The position numbers and the translations under genes were made by a program. Below the pieces are notes generated by a model. It was not told where the DNA came from, did no database searches, and was given only the letters and a program-made list of their open reading frames with translations. From positions 32,001-96,000 of the IMG/VR virus record IMGVR_UViG_3300033145_000192: a stretch of 64,000 bases of DNA, one strand, 5' to 3'. Positions 33,521-43,214 of this stretch are shown here, piece after piece. How positions within the stretch are numbered: position 1 is the first letter of the stretch; each line of letters starts with the position of its first letter. Source of the stretch: a virus.

Positions 33521-34586
33521 GTCTTTCCTTTTCCTCCAGCATACTCGCCACAATCTCATCGACTGATTCTTCGAGTGTGATTTCTGTTTCGAACCCTAGC
33601 ATATCCCTAGCCTTATTGACTAGTGGGACTCTCTTCTGAACATCGCACTCAAATGGCTTGTCGGAGACATATCTGAAAGGCAACTCTCCGTTGATTCTGG
33701 TCCAAACCATCTTCGCTAACTCCAACACCGATGTCTGTCGCGGACTAGAAAGGTTGAAGTCTTCATTCTGGAGTGGATTCTCCATAGCAAGTCGGATGCC
33801 TCTTGCGATATCCTTGCCATGAGTATAGCAACGAATTTGACTACCGTCTCCTAGAATATGAAGTGGATTCTGGCCAGAAAGGACTTTGTTCACAAGGTCT
33901 GGGAGCACATGGCTCATGCGCAACTTCACGTTGCCACTATAGATTTCCTCTTCTCCAACTGCCTCATCCTCACCAAGCCCAACGCAATTGAATGGCCTTA
34001 CGATTGTGAACGGCAAGCCATACTGCTGCCATGCACCCTTACAGAAATACTCTGATGCGAGCTTCTGGAATCCATATGTGCTATTTGGTGGGCCAAATAC
34101 CTTCTCTGCTCCTTCTGGAGTCGGCCACGGAGGCCAGAACTCAGAAGCCTCAAACAGATGCTTCCACGCCTCATCGGCTCCTTCAAATACCATTGAGGAG
34201 CTAATGACCACGACCTTCTTTATCTTCATCCATTTGTCTTTCCACAACTCAATGGAGGCGTCAAACGTATTTGATAGAATCCGCTCGTTCGTAGATAGTA
34301 GGTCATAGGCATACTTGTGAAAATAGCTAATGCCACCAATCATGGCGGCACATGCAATCACATAGTCTGGATTATGAGTTGAGAAATCAGGAGTCTCTTT
34401 GGACAAGTCCAATTCTACTAGGCGAAAGTTCTCATGGGAGTCATGCTCGCGCTTTACGCGGCCATACTTTGAGAAGTTGTCATAGCCAATGACGCGATAA
34501 CCACGGGCTAGAAGGTCTCGGCACAGGTAGCCGCCGATAAATCCTTGTGACCCAGTAAGTGCAACGGTCTTCATTCTGTTTGTCAT
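33501..34586 (-). CDS. NAD-dependent epimerase/dehydratase
   Basis: TGSQGFIG, YGFQK, RPFNCVG, RCYTH. Confidence 0.9.
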   Translation of the reverse strand: MTNRMKTVALTGSQGFIGGYLCRDLLARGYRVIGYDNFSKYGRVKREHDSHENFRLVELDLSKETPDFSTHNPDYVIACAAMIGGISYFHKYAYDLLSTNERILSNTFDASIELWKDKWMKIKKVVVISSSMVFEGADEAWKHLFEASEFWPPWPTPEGAEKVFGPPNSTYGFQKLASEYFCKGAWQQYGLPFTIVRPFNCVGLGEDEAVGEEEIYSGNVKLRMSHVLPDLVNKVLSGQNPLHILGDGSQIRCYTHGKDIARGIRLAMENPLQNEDFNLSSPRQTSVLELAKMVWTRINGELPFRYVSDKPFECDVQKRVPLVNKARDMLGFETEITLEESVDEIVASMLEEKERHEDNCS

Positions 34587-35215
34587 TTTTTATCTCGTAT
34601 TGGCAAATCGGGTTGGCCTGTTTCCATGTAGGAACTGGCTCTAGGCGCGATTCGCTTATAGTTATGATTCATGATTGGGACTGCGTGAAAACACGCTCTA
34701 CAGAAGTCGTCCTTTTTCTCAAAGTCAATGACCTTCTTTATGTTGCCAAACTTGGCATTACTTAACATTCTTCTGAGACCTGCTTGATTTGGGGCCCACC
34801 AACAAGATTCTTCATCAAGAAATGTCATGATTGGACGGTTACCACTCAGATAGAGCTTTGTCTCCAACACAAGAAGTCCCTTCGTTATCCTTCTTAGTCT
34901 AGATAGGAGCGACATAGGATTCTCTACATGATAGAGGACGCCATTACATGAAACAACGTCATATTCCATTATTCGTAGGAATGATTCCGAAAAGATATCA
35001 AGTTGAACAAAGTCAAAGCCAAACTTGGCAATATTCCTTTTCAGACCTTCACATACACACATGTCAATCCCAATGGCGTGTTTTGCACCTCGCCTAAGAG
35101 CCTCTACGCACAGTGAACCATCCCAACAGCCAACCTCACAGAAGGTCTTTCCCTCCATGTCGATAGGCATATTGAATAGCTTCCATTTTTTGCTCAATCC
35201 CGAAACTGTTGTCAT
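34583..35215 (-). CDS. Class I SAM methyltransferase
   Basis: CEVGCWDG, YDVVSCNGVLYHVENP. Confidence 0.85.
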   Translation of the reverse strand: MTTVSGLSKKWKLFNMPIDMEGKTFCEVGCWDGSLCVEALRRGAKHAIGIDMCVCEGLKRNIAKFGFDFVQLDIFSESFLRIMEYDVVSCNGVLYHVENPMSLLSRLRRITKGLLVLETKLYLSGNRPIMTFLDEESCWWAPNQAGLRRMLSNAKFGNIKKVIDFEKKDDFCRACFHAVPIMNHNYKRIAPRASSYMETGQPDLPIRDKK

Positions 35216-36018
35216 TTCAGTCTCATGTGCTCAAAAACAGTGGTGCGATAGAGGTCGTTGTCCTTGACTATAGTGCGGAAGATTTGTGCGTCAATGCCTA
35301 ACCCCTCTGCCAGTCTGGCGAAAGCCGCTGTGTCCTTCGGGAGACACACGCCGCCGAAGCCACGGAAATTCTCGTTGCAATCCAGGTAGAGATTTGTCAT
35401 TGTTGGTCGCGCCACAGCCGCGCTTTTAATTTTCGAATAGTCAGCCCCAAGTTTCTGGCATACCTCATAGAAGCCATTGGCAAATATGACCCTCATGGCA
35501 TTGAACACGTTCGAGAAGTATTTGGTCAGTTCTGCCTCTGTTGGAGACATCTTTACGAACTTCTGAGGATAGTGTCCGTGTGCCTCTTTGACCAAATCAA
35601 ACATGTGACTTGCAAACGGCCCGCTAACGCCAATAACACAGACATCATGGTGTTCAGTGAAGTCGCTAATGGCGTGTCGTTCACGCAAGAACTCTGGAAC
35701 AAAACAAATCATCGTTGGAGCGTATGTGTCAACTAGCATCTCTGTAAAGCCAGGAACAGTCGTTGATTTCACAACGATTACGCCCTTATAGTAGATTGCC
35801 ACCAGGTCTTCAATCACCCTTTCGACAATCGACGTATCACATGACCCATCTGCTGACTCCGGGGTCGGAACACAGATAAAGCACACCTCTGTATCTAGAA
35901 CGTCAAGAAGCTGTGTTTCCAGCACAATATCATGGACTCGAACCTCGTGGCCCAATTTCTCCATTCCATATTTCACAGCGCCACCAACCATACCAACGCC
36001 TACAATGCCTACCTTCAT
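35212..36018 (-). CDS. UDP-glucose/GDP-mannose dehydrogenase family (short form)
   Basis: GIVGVGMVG, ICVPTP, VKSTTVPG, PEFLRE, AELTKY, GFGGVCLPKD. Confidence 0.9.
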   Translation of the reverse strand: MKVGIVGVGMVGGAVKYGMEKLGHEVRVHDIVLETQLLDVLDTEVCFICVPTPESADGSCDTSIVERVIEDLVAIYYKGVIVVKSTTVPGFTEMLVDTYAPTMICFVPEFLRERHAISDFTEHHDVCVIGVSGPFASHMFDLVKEAHGHYPQKFVKMSPTEAELTKYFSNVFNAMRVIFANGFYEVCQKLGADYSKIKSAAVARPTMTNLYLDCNENFRGFGGVCLPKDTAAFARLAEGLGIDAQIFRTIVKDNDLYRTTVFEHMRLK

Positions 36019-36470
36019 TTGTCACCCCTATATAGTTTTCCAGTTAGCTTAGGTCCAAGCTGAACCTCTCTGCCTGTTAGTTTGGACTTTACTCTGTAAC
36101 GACAAGTCCATAGGTCCGTTCTCATATGGTCACTGTGTCCACACTTACAGCACATTACCTGCCACCAGCATGGATGCGATGTCATCACTTCGCCATCTTC
36201 TACTAAGTGATAGCAATGTTCACATTCCGGCTCAGGCTTCGCTTCTACTAGGAGAAGTTCTGGCGACCAAGCGTTGTATTTCGAGGCTAATTCCATTATC
36301 GCAGTAGAATTTTCACAGCCACCAAACCTGCCACAAGTGCTACAAGACCAGCAGGCGTAACATCCGGCCTTTGAATAGACCTTTTTTGGCTCTTCGCAAC
36401 AACATGGAAGGCTAACTTTGCCTGACTCTACGGACCTCATAATTACCTCGATGTCAAAATCATGGCACAA
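36015..36470 (-). CDS. Cys-rich hypothetical protein
   Basis: Many CxxC pairs. Confidence 0.45.
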   Translation of the reverse strand: MCHDFDIEVIMRSVESGKVSLPCCCEEPKKVYSKAGCYACWSCSTCGRFGGCENSTAIMELASKYNAWSPELLLVEAKPEPECEHCYHLVEDGEVMTSHPCWWQVMCCKCGHSDHMRTDLWTCRYRVKSKLTGREVQLGPKLTGKLYRGDK

Positions 36471-37132
36471 TTTCGTTTCATGCCTTTTCCTAGACCTATA
36501 TCTAATTCTTCACTCAATGATACTATTCTCTCTGGACCGACATCGGTATACAGGAGAATATCATGTGTCTTGCCTATTGCCTTCTCAAACAAAAACTTCT
36601 GTTCGCCAGTGCCTTTTCGGTCACTGTATGGAGACTTCATGTCATGGATGAACACTGGTTTTCTAACTTTGCATAGAAAATTGTTCCAGTAGTATTCAGC
36701 CATGTTCCACGAATGTTGGCAGTCAATAACTATCAAGTCAGACGCCTTGCATGCAGATAGAATTCTGTTTTGGAACTTCTTGTTCATTATGTTGCATACG
36801 GTGAACGGGATTTTGTCAAGTCCACCGGACAAGGCACCTTGCTCACTTAGCTCTAGCGAAAACGCACGCACACTGATTCCCATTAGTCGCATCAGTATTG
36901 TGCTTATGCCTACGCCAAACTCTGTTACAGTCTTGGCCCCAATATGTCGTATGTAGCAAGACAAGATATGAAGGTCAAGAGGACACATCGCATCGCCAAT
37001 GAAGAAACCAGGAGTATATGGAATTACGTTACCAATATCAATTAAATTGGCCAAATTCTCATCATGTGGAATCTTGCAACAGCCTGGAACACTAAATGCA
37101 AGCCCCTCCTTTTGTCTTTGGTTAGGCGTCAT
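36443..37132 (-). CDS. Class I SAM methyltransferase-like
   Basis: VTEFGVGIST, LIVIDCQH, FIHD. Confidence 0.6.
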   Translation of the reverse strand: MTPNQRQKEGLAFSVPGCCKIPHDENLANLIDIGNVIPYTPGFFIGDAMCPLDLHILSCYIRHIGAKTVTEFGVGISTILMRLMGISVRAFSLELSEQGALSGGLDKIPFTVCNIMNKKFQNRILSACKASDLIVIDCQHSWNMAEYYWNNFLCKVRKPVFIHDMKSPYSDRKGTGEQKFLFEKAIGKTHDILLYTDVGPERIVSLSEELDIGLGKGMKRNCAMILTSR

Positions 37133-37137
37133 GCTAT

Positions 37138-37773
37138 TTAGCTCCTTAGTGGATTGTTCTTTGCATGCTGAACGATATCTGGGTCAATAACTGCCTCCAG
37201 TGCTTCAACAGTCCCGCCACCAAGGAATTCACACAAGCCACCAAGAACCCCTGCATCCTTCTCTATGACCTTCTGGAATGGCAGTGAGTAAGCCTTGCAT
37301 CTAGTGGATTTCAAGTATCTCTGTGTCTCGTTTTGTATCCTGTTGAACGTCCCACAAATGGCAGGAATTGCCTGCGGCTTCCATCCAGTATACAGCTTAT
37401 TGCCACTAGCAATGCCCTCCTCTGGGTCTCTACTAGTCACAATGACGTGGACATCAAATCCTAGCTTCTGCAAAACAGGTATCCACTGCGCATACAGGTG
37501 AATCAGCTTAACGGCGTCTGCACCCTGCTCCTCTAGCTTTAGAATGGCTGGAGGAATGGCGTGTCTTTGAGCATTACTGAGCGGATTCTCGTTGTAGCCG
37601 CTTCGAAGTCCAAACTCCTGCATCGGATTGCACTCTCCGAAGCTGTAGCCACACGTTTTTACCAACTCGCAAGCTAGCGAAGTCCCACTTCTGCCTGGCC
37701 CGCACACAACAACAAACTTCTTCATGTCTTCCCTCATAGCTTTGTAAAGTATCCATGGCACTGATAGCCGCAA
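37138..37773 (-). CDS. Sulfotransferase-family protein
   Basis: 5'-PSB-like VVCGPGRSGTSL; IVTSRDP. Confidence 0.7.
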   Translation of the reverse strand: MRLSVPWILYKAMREDMKKFVVVCGPGRSGTSLACELVKTCGYSFGECNPMQEFGLRSGYNENPLSNAQRHAIPPAILKLEEQGADAVKLIHLYAQWIPVLQKLGFDVHVIVTSRDPEEGIASGNKLYTGWKPQAIPAICGTFNRIQNETQRYLKSTRCKAYSLPFQKVIEKDAGVLGGLCEFLGGGTVEALEAVIDPDIVQHAKNNPLRS

Positions 37774-38468
37774 TACAATTGACTGATACCCTCTGGCTTG
37801 TCAGCAAAGAACTCATCACAAGCCTTCTTCACTCCAGGCAGCGCATTGAGCACGTTGAGGTTCCTGTAGTTCTTCTTCCTCAACGAACCTAGTGAATCAA
37901 AAACCGGCTTAACGATGACTGGGTCGCAATAGTCATCTACTATGCAAATCCCGCCACTTGAGAGCCTCGGATATACCAACTCAAGCGATTCCATGATTGA
38001 GGTATAGAAGTCACCATCAAGATGGGCGAAAACGATTTCAGATGGAATGTCGCTGTCGGTAATCTCGTTAAACCACATTCTGTGAATAATCGGGTGCCTG
38101 AGCTTGAATTCGTCAAATAGCTCAAATATGTGGGCCTCATCGAACCCCTCTCCAGCTATGAGATGCTTTGGGGCATTCGGATTCGCGGACATTTGTCCTG
38201 CTCGGAATGGCGTATGGCCGTCTTCCGGACGCTTGCCAGGTAGGCCCTCAAACGAGTCGTATAGATGGACTTCTCTGTCGATTTCAAGAACATCAAGCAC
38301 CTTCTGCATGATTCTCGCAGTTTTGCCCCTATGACATCCAAGCTCAACGATATGCCCAGGAATGTTCAGCAACATGACCCTCATCAACAGATGATAGATG
38401 TTCATGGCCTGTTCCATGTTCACCATACCGGATGTCTTGACCATATCTACAATGAAGTTGTTATCCAT
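37734..38468 (-). CDS. TylF/MycF-family sugar O-methyltransferase
   Basis: IVELGCHRG, LYDSFEGLP, FAHLDGDFY, GGICIVDDY. Confidence 0.9.
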   Translation of the reverse strand: MDNNFIVDMVKTSGMVNMEQAMNIYHLLMRVMLLNIPGHIVELGCHRGKTARIMQKVLDVLEIDREVHLYDSFEGLPGKRPEDGHTPFRAGQMSANPNAPKHLIAGEGFDEAHIFELFDEFKLRHPIIHRMWFNEITDSDIPSEIVFAHLDGDFYTSIMESLELVYPRLSSGGICIVDDYCDPVIVKPVFDSLGSLRKKNYRNLNVLNALPGVKKACDEFFADKPEGISQLYCGYQCHGYFTKL

Positions 38469-39037
38469 TAGTATACCTTGTATCCCTTAATGCTTCCCTG
38501 CTTTGTATCCTCATCACCACCATACAGACATTCAAACCCAAATAATTCCATCTCTCCACATCTTGTGGATTTGGATAGATGCGTTTTATCCTTGTCATAT
38601 CCACTGCCCCAAGGCAAATGAATGATGCATAGTTTCTTTGCAACTATGTCGATGCGCCTGAATGTATCAGCCCATTCGTCTTTGTAGATGTGCTCTGGAC
38701 CGGCAGACCAAAACACAAGGTCAAAGCTATCCTCATCAAACACCTCATCAATCAGCCTTACGTCTCCAGCCACAACGTCTCGTATGTATGGGTTATTCAC
38801 CTTTTTTTCTATGTATTCATCGAATAGCTCTAGTGTGACGAAATCAAGGTCACCAGGAAAAACTTCATCAAGAAAGCGCAACCACCTGATTGAATCAACA
38901 CCTCCATGTATGCCCAAGCCCACATTCAGAATAGACTTGATACCCATATCCTTGACTGCCTCGCGAATTTCGTTCCACCCATAGCCAAGCATGACTTTCT
39001 TCCACTTGTCGAAATCTACCTCTTTTCTCTCAATCAT
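38468..39037 (-). CDS. Class I SAM methyltransferase-like (paralogue of 42486-43214)
   Basis: ILNVGLG, GDVRLID, FDLVFWSAGPEHI, WADTF. Confidence 0.65.
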   Translation of the reverse strand: MIERKEVDFDKWKKVMLGYGWNEIREAVKDMGIKSILNVGLGIHGGVDSIRWLRFLDEVFPGDLDFVTLELFDEYIEKKVNNPYIRDVVAGDVRLIDEVFDEDSFDLVFWSAGPEHIYKDEWADTFRRIDIVAKKLCIIHLPWGSGYDKDKTHLSKSTRCGEMELFGFECLYGGDEDTKQGSIKGYKVY

Positions 39038-39728
39038 TATATGCTCCGAAGTATTGCTCGTTCAGACTCAAAATGTCCGATGGTATTGATTTTATTCTTT
39101 CTCTCACTTCTGGAGCCTTATACCTATCCAAAATCTTCATCTTGGACGGATTGGTCCTGAAGTCCAGTTTGTCGAAGCTACTTCCTCCTCCACTCCCCAT
39201 GATGTATTCACGCCCCGCATCTGTAAATGGAACTGAGGCACCAAGCATCGCGCACACCTCTTCGAATATAGTGCGACGATAATCTAAGTCTATATGCCAT
39301 TTCGGAAAGTTCACAGTCACACTTTGGTCACCAAACGTCTTATGTCCAAGTGCGTGAAGAATATAGTCCTTCCATACTGCAAATAGCTTGGAGTGTCCGA
39401 TATTCCCATGTTTGAGAATACTAGCAAAGTGATTTTTGATATCGCGAACCACGATTACACGAGGAAGATTAGGACATGTGGGGGTATCAATCCTGCCCTC
39501 AAGGCCAACTCCTAGGAGATTGATAGGGTCGGCAAGCGGCCTTTTAACGTGTTGCTCTCCGTTCGCATACCACACTTTGAGATGGGCGCTAGGGCCGTAG
39601 TTATTCAAAAACAGTCCGAGCCCTGGGAATTGGCAGAATAACCAGTGAGATACTCCGTGCTGGCCGCACCTGGGATAGCCTAGCACAGCAAGTGATTTCT
39701 TGTGCTCCAGCCCTGCTATCTTGCTCAT
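39030..39728 (-). CDS. Sulfotransferase-like protein
   Basis: VLGYPRCGQHGVSHWL; IVVRDIKNHFAS. Confidence 0.5.
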   Translation of the reverse strand: MSKIAGLEHKKSLAVLGYPRCGQHGVSHWLFCQFPGLGLFLNNYGPSAHLKVWYANGEQHVKRPLADPINLLGVGLEGRIDTPTCPNLPRVIVVRDIKNHFASILKHGNIGHSKLFAVWKDYILHALGHKTFGDQSVTVNFPKWHIDLDYRRTIFEEVCAMLGASVPFTDAGREYIMGSGGGSSFDKLDFRTNPSKMKILDRYKAPEVRERIKSIPSDILSLNEQYFGAYND

Positions 39729-40465
39729 TCTGCCGCCCTCTGCTCAAGGAACTCAAGCACCTTGTTGACGCTAAATTCGATTGACTCGTGCTCTGTGTTG
39801 ATTATCAAATCGGGGCTAGCTGGCTCCTCATAAGGTGCGCTTGGGTGAAATCCCGTAAGGTCCTTAATCTCGCCATCCATTGCTTTTTTATACAGACCCT
39901 TTGGGTCTCGCTTGGCGCACACACCAACCGGGCACTTGACGTAAACCTCGATGTAGTTGTCGCACAACTTTCGCGCATAGTCTCTTTGGCACTTGAATGG
40001 GGAGATGAACGAGGCCAGCACGATATGGTCGATTGCCAGGTAGCTCGCCACATGCACCGCTCGCTTGTTGTTCTCGTCCCTGTCGTCCTTAGAGAATCCA
40101 AGGTGCTTACTAAATGTAGCCCGCGCAACATCTCCGTCAAGGCGCTTGACCTGCAACATCTTTGCCTGTAATTTCGCCGCTATGGCATCTGCTAGAGTCG
40201 TCTTGCCCGACCCACTCAGACCTGTAAACCACACCACAACTCCGTCAGTAGTAACGCATTCACGACCAAAATTCACGCTATTCCACGCCCTTTCATGGAG
40301 ATAATACAACAAGGACTTTACCACCACATCCACTCCTATGAGTGCCGTAGCAATACCCCATGAGCCAGTAATGGCCCCACCGATGATAAAGAGTGCTAAC
40401 GTGGCCCAGAGTCGCCATGAGATTGTTTTGACTATTGACCTTTTGGAAGTTTCAACCATTTCCAC
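39725..40465 (-). CDS. cysC: Adenylyl-sulfate kinase with N-terminal DUF2061-like membrane domain
   Basis: WFTGLSGSGKTT, LDGD, FISP, RDPKGLYKKA, YEEP; N-terminal KTISWR...YYLHERAW. Confidence 0.93.
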   Translation of the reverse strand: MEMVETSKRSIVKTISWRLWATLALFIIGGAITGSWGIATALIGVDVVVKSLLYYLHERAWNSVNFGRECVTTDGVVVWFTGLSGSGKTTLADAIAAKLQAKMLQVKRLDGDVARATFSKHLGFSKDDRDENNKRAVHVASYLAIDHIVLASFISPFKCQRDYARKLCDNYIEVYVKCPVGVCAKRDPKGLYKKAMDGEIKDLTGFHPSAPYEEPASPDLIINTEHESIEFSVNKVLEFLEQRAAE

Positions 40466-41121
40466 TCCTCACATTCCATGCTATATACTTCGTCAATGTG
40501 CTTTATATCCTCTTCACTCAACTCTTTCATATATGCCTTAGTTTCGTAGTAGTGCTTCTTGCGCTCGAACATACCGTTAGAAGTGCGGCCTTTGTAGTGC
40601 TTTGCAATGTCAATGCATATGCCGCCGGAAGTGAGGGGAACTCCATACATTTCAACTATACTTCGAAGAATTTCGCGTGGGTGACCCATCATATCATCGT
40701 GCTGGATGTTAACCCAGTTTGGAACTATCGACTCGATGGTTCTAAACGTCTCTAATACATGATTGCGCATAGCTATCATGTCGCTAAAGTCGAAACCTTC
40801 TACACCCCAAGGCTCACGCATGGCCCGCGTTACGGAAAGCCCGCTCCTGATTACTCCATGCGTTTGACCAGTCATAGAGCAAATCCAAGCCCATATGTTC
40901 TTATGAATGTGTAGGAATAGCGTATCGCTCCAGTCTCTTTCTCTAAGAAACCTCAGATTCACACCATGCTTACTCCCGTGCTTACTCCCAACCTCTATAT
41001 CGAAGTTGGCAGCACATAGTCGTTGAAGTATGTTTGTCCCACTACATTGTAGTCCAAATACCTGGATATACTTAATCATCGCCTTCCGATTCTTCCCGCT
41101 CACCAACCATCTTCTTTGCAA
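40432..41121 (-). CDS. Sulfotransferase-like protein
   Basis: VFGLQCSGTNIL; HKNIWAWICSM. Confidence 0.6.
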   Translation of the reverse strand: MQRRWLVSGKNRKAMIKYIQVFGLQCSGTNILQRLCAANFDIEVGSKHGSKHGVNLRFLRERDWSDTLFLHIHKNIWAWICSMTGQTHGVIRSGLSVTRAMREPWGVEGFDFSDMIAMRNHVLETFRTIESIVPNWVNIQHDDMMGHPREILRSIVEMYGVPLTSGGICIDIAKHYKGRTSNGMFERKKHYYETKAYMKELSEEDIKHIDEVYSMECEEWKWLKLPKGQ

Positions 41122-41722
41122 AATCGTAAAGCTTCATATCCCACTCATTGTAGCCAAGCACCAATTCTACGTCCTTCTTAGGAAGGTTTTTCACTTTATG
41201 ATTCTTTGTTTTGTTGTCATGTCCTAATCCACCTAGGCCATAGTCAGCCCTAAGTCGTCTAGCAAGCTTCCCTAGATTATCTGTGAACCCCACATACTTA
41301 ACAAGCTCAAGATTCCTAACTGCATCGTCATAGTGACATTCATGAATGGGCCCATGGTAGAGTAATCCAAGACCACACAGTTGCCGAACAGCCAAATTCT
41401 GCACATTCCAAGCACAAAGCTGCTCCATAAACTCAGCAAGCGGAGGCTTCTTCTTTGGAGCCTTTCTGTAATTATATGCAAACTTACTAAATACTCTTTC
41501 CGCTGGATGACGCAATATGGTTACATACTCACAACTGTCTGGATTATACTGATGAATGCCATATGGAATATGTCCAAGTAGTGCTTTTCTTTTCCGTTTA
41601 CGAGCCATCTCCATTCGTTCTTTCAAGTCGCTTTGATGCGAAACAATCATCGGATTAAGCACACTCATCATGCCTCTTAGTGAAATTCCGCCAGTTTTCG
41701 CTATGTGGATGAAGATAAGCAT
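41072..41722 (-). CDS. Sulfotransferase family 2 protein
   Basis: FIHIAKTGG, TILRHPAERVFS, LGYNEWDMKLYDFAK. Confidence 0.85.
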   Translation of the reverse strand: MLIFIHIAKTGGISLRGMMSVLNPMIVSHQSDLKERMEMARKRKRKALLGHIPYGIHQYNPDSCEYVTILRHPAERVFSKFAYNYRKAPKKKPPLAEFMEQLCAWNVQNLAVRQLCGLGLLYHGPIHECHYDDAVRNLELVKYVGFTDNLGKLARRLRADYGLGGLGHDNKTKNHKVKNLPKKDVELVLGYNEWDMKLYDFAKKMVGEREESEGDD

Positions 41723-42522
41723 TACCTATCTTCTCTCTCCCCACGAACGAAGTGATACGTAATACAGTCACCAACGAGATAGTTTGGAATTCCAGCATGC
41801 TGATATTTGTCATGAATGATGACATCGCCAGTTATCCCACCAACGATTGTGGGCATTGGACCGAACTTCTTCCAGTATTTCCTGTCCTGCAACCAGCTAC
41901 ATCCATCAGTCCTAGGAGGTCCGTTAATCATCCTAGTAGGTTTCTTCCAGTGCTCTAGGCACTCTAGAATGGTATATGGTCCAGGCTTCACTATCTCCTC
42001 ACAAAACTTAACGAACTCGTCTTCCTTGTAGGTGTCATATGTGAGCCCAAAATCGCGGCAAAAATGTCTGGAGCCAGGGTGACTAAGCATGGACTCTACG
42101 GTCTGCGCCTGTAGGATTGCATCTCCTTGGAGGTCGTTGTAGCAATCGAGTATGGTAGCGAACGAACCTGGGAACCAAGTCTGGTCACTTCCACCACGGA
42201 AAACTAGTGGATGCTCGCCAAGTGTGTAGCCCAAGTTCCAACAGTCATAGAGGCGTTTGATGAAAGGCTTGCTCGGGTCCTCGTAGTGTAGATGATACTT
42301 GATGTCATGCTGCTCACAAATAGCAACAAGCTCGTCTGTTACTGCTTGGGGAATCTTCGCATTGTAGTAGATGATGACGTTAAACGTCCACACGTCTCGT
42401 GTAAGTCCAGCGTTGCGTAGGACATTGTCTACATGTCCCCTAAAGAGTCCAGGGTCTCTACCAATAATCGTATAGTAATCCATCGTTAACATACTAATCC
42501 CCGCTTCCAGCCATACATACAT
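41722..42522 (-). CDS. Glycosyltransferase-like protein
   Basis: FRGGSDQ DXD-like site; HFVRGE C-terminus; context. Confidence 0.5.
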   Translation of the reverse strand: MYVWLEAGISMLTMDYYTIIGRDPGLFRGHVDNVLRNAGLTRDVWTFNVIIYYNAKIPQAVTDELVAICEQHDIKYHLHYEDPSKPFIKRLYDCWNLGYTLGEHPLVFRGGSDQTWFPGSFATILDCYNDLQGDAILQAQTVESMLSHPGSRHFCRDFGLTYDTYKEDEFVKFCEEIVKPGPYTILECLEHWKKPTRMINGPPRTDGCSWLQDRKYWKKFGPMPTIVGGITGDVIIHDKYQHAGIPNYLVGDCITYHFVRGEREDR

Positions 42523-43214
42523 GACTGCTTCGTGTCCCTTATTCCAGTATATCTTACCTTAAACCCAAACTGTTCCATTTCATCCCTCATAACGGACCCA
42601 GAAAGGTGCTGGTCTCCCAGTGGGAATTTCTTGTTTTGGTTATTGTCGTATGCCTTACCCCACGGAAGATGGATAACAATAATCTTGCCGAGCTTATCTA
42701 ACTTGGCGAAAGTATCCGCCCACTCATCCCTATTGATATGCTCGGGTCCATGGGACCATAGAATAAGGTCAAATGGTCCTATGTCCAACTCGTCAATCTT
42801 GCGAACATCTCCAAGATGACACTTGTCGATGTATTCTCGGTTTGCTCCCTTGACGGCCCTCATCTTTTTAATTCGGCTCGCAACCAACTCTAGGTTTTCA
42901 AATCTATTTATGTCGAAAAGCCAGTTGTATACCTTGAGCCACTTGATGGTTTCCCCATGCTCTCCCAGTCCCACATTCAGCAACGAATTGATTTCTGGAA
43001 CCGCTGTAGCAATCTCCTTATACATTTCAGCAAACCCCACCCCTTTGCCTATGCCTCTTTTTGGATTAGACTTTGGTGGAAACTTCTTGTGTGCGTTATC
43101 CCAACATTTCGCGAATATCTGAGAGCGCATAAGGATTTTCTTTACTTCTGCCGGGTCTAACAACATTGAAATGCTCCAGTATGAATGGGTCAAGTATAGG
43201 AATGGAGCTTCCAA
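42486..43214 (-). CDS. Class I SAM methyltransferase-like (paralogue of 38468-39037)
   Basis: LLNVGLG, GDVRKID, FDLILWSHGPEHI, WADTF. Confidence 0.65.
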   Translation of the reverse strand: MEAPFLYLTHSYWSISMLLDPAEVKKILMRSQIFAKCWDNAHKKFPPKSNPKRGIGKGVGFAEMYKEIATAVPEINSLLNVGLGEHGETIKWLKVYNWLFDINRFENLELVASRIKKMRAVKGANREYIDKCHLGDVRKIDELDIGPFDLILWSHGPEHINRDEWADTFAKLDKLGKIIVIHLPWGKAYDNNQNKKFPLGDQHLSGSVMRDEMEQFGFKVRYTGIRDTKQSCMYGWKRGLVC

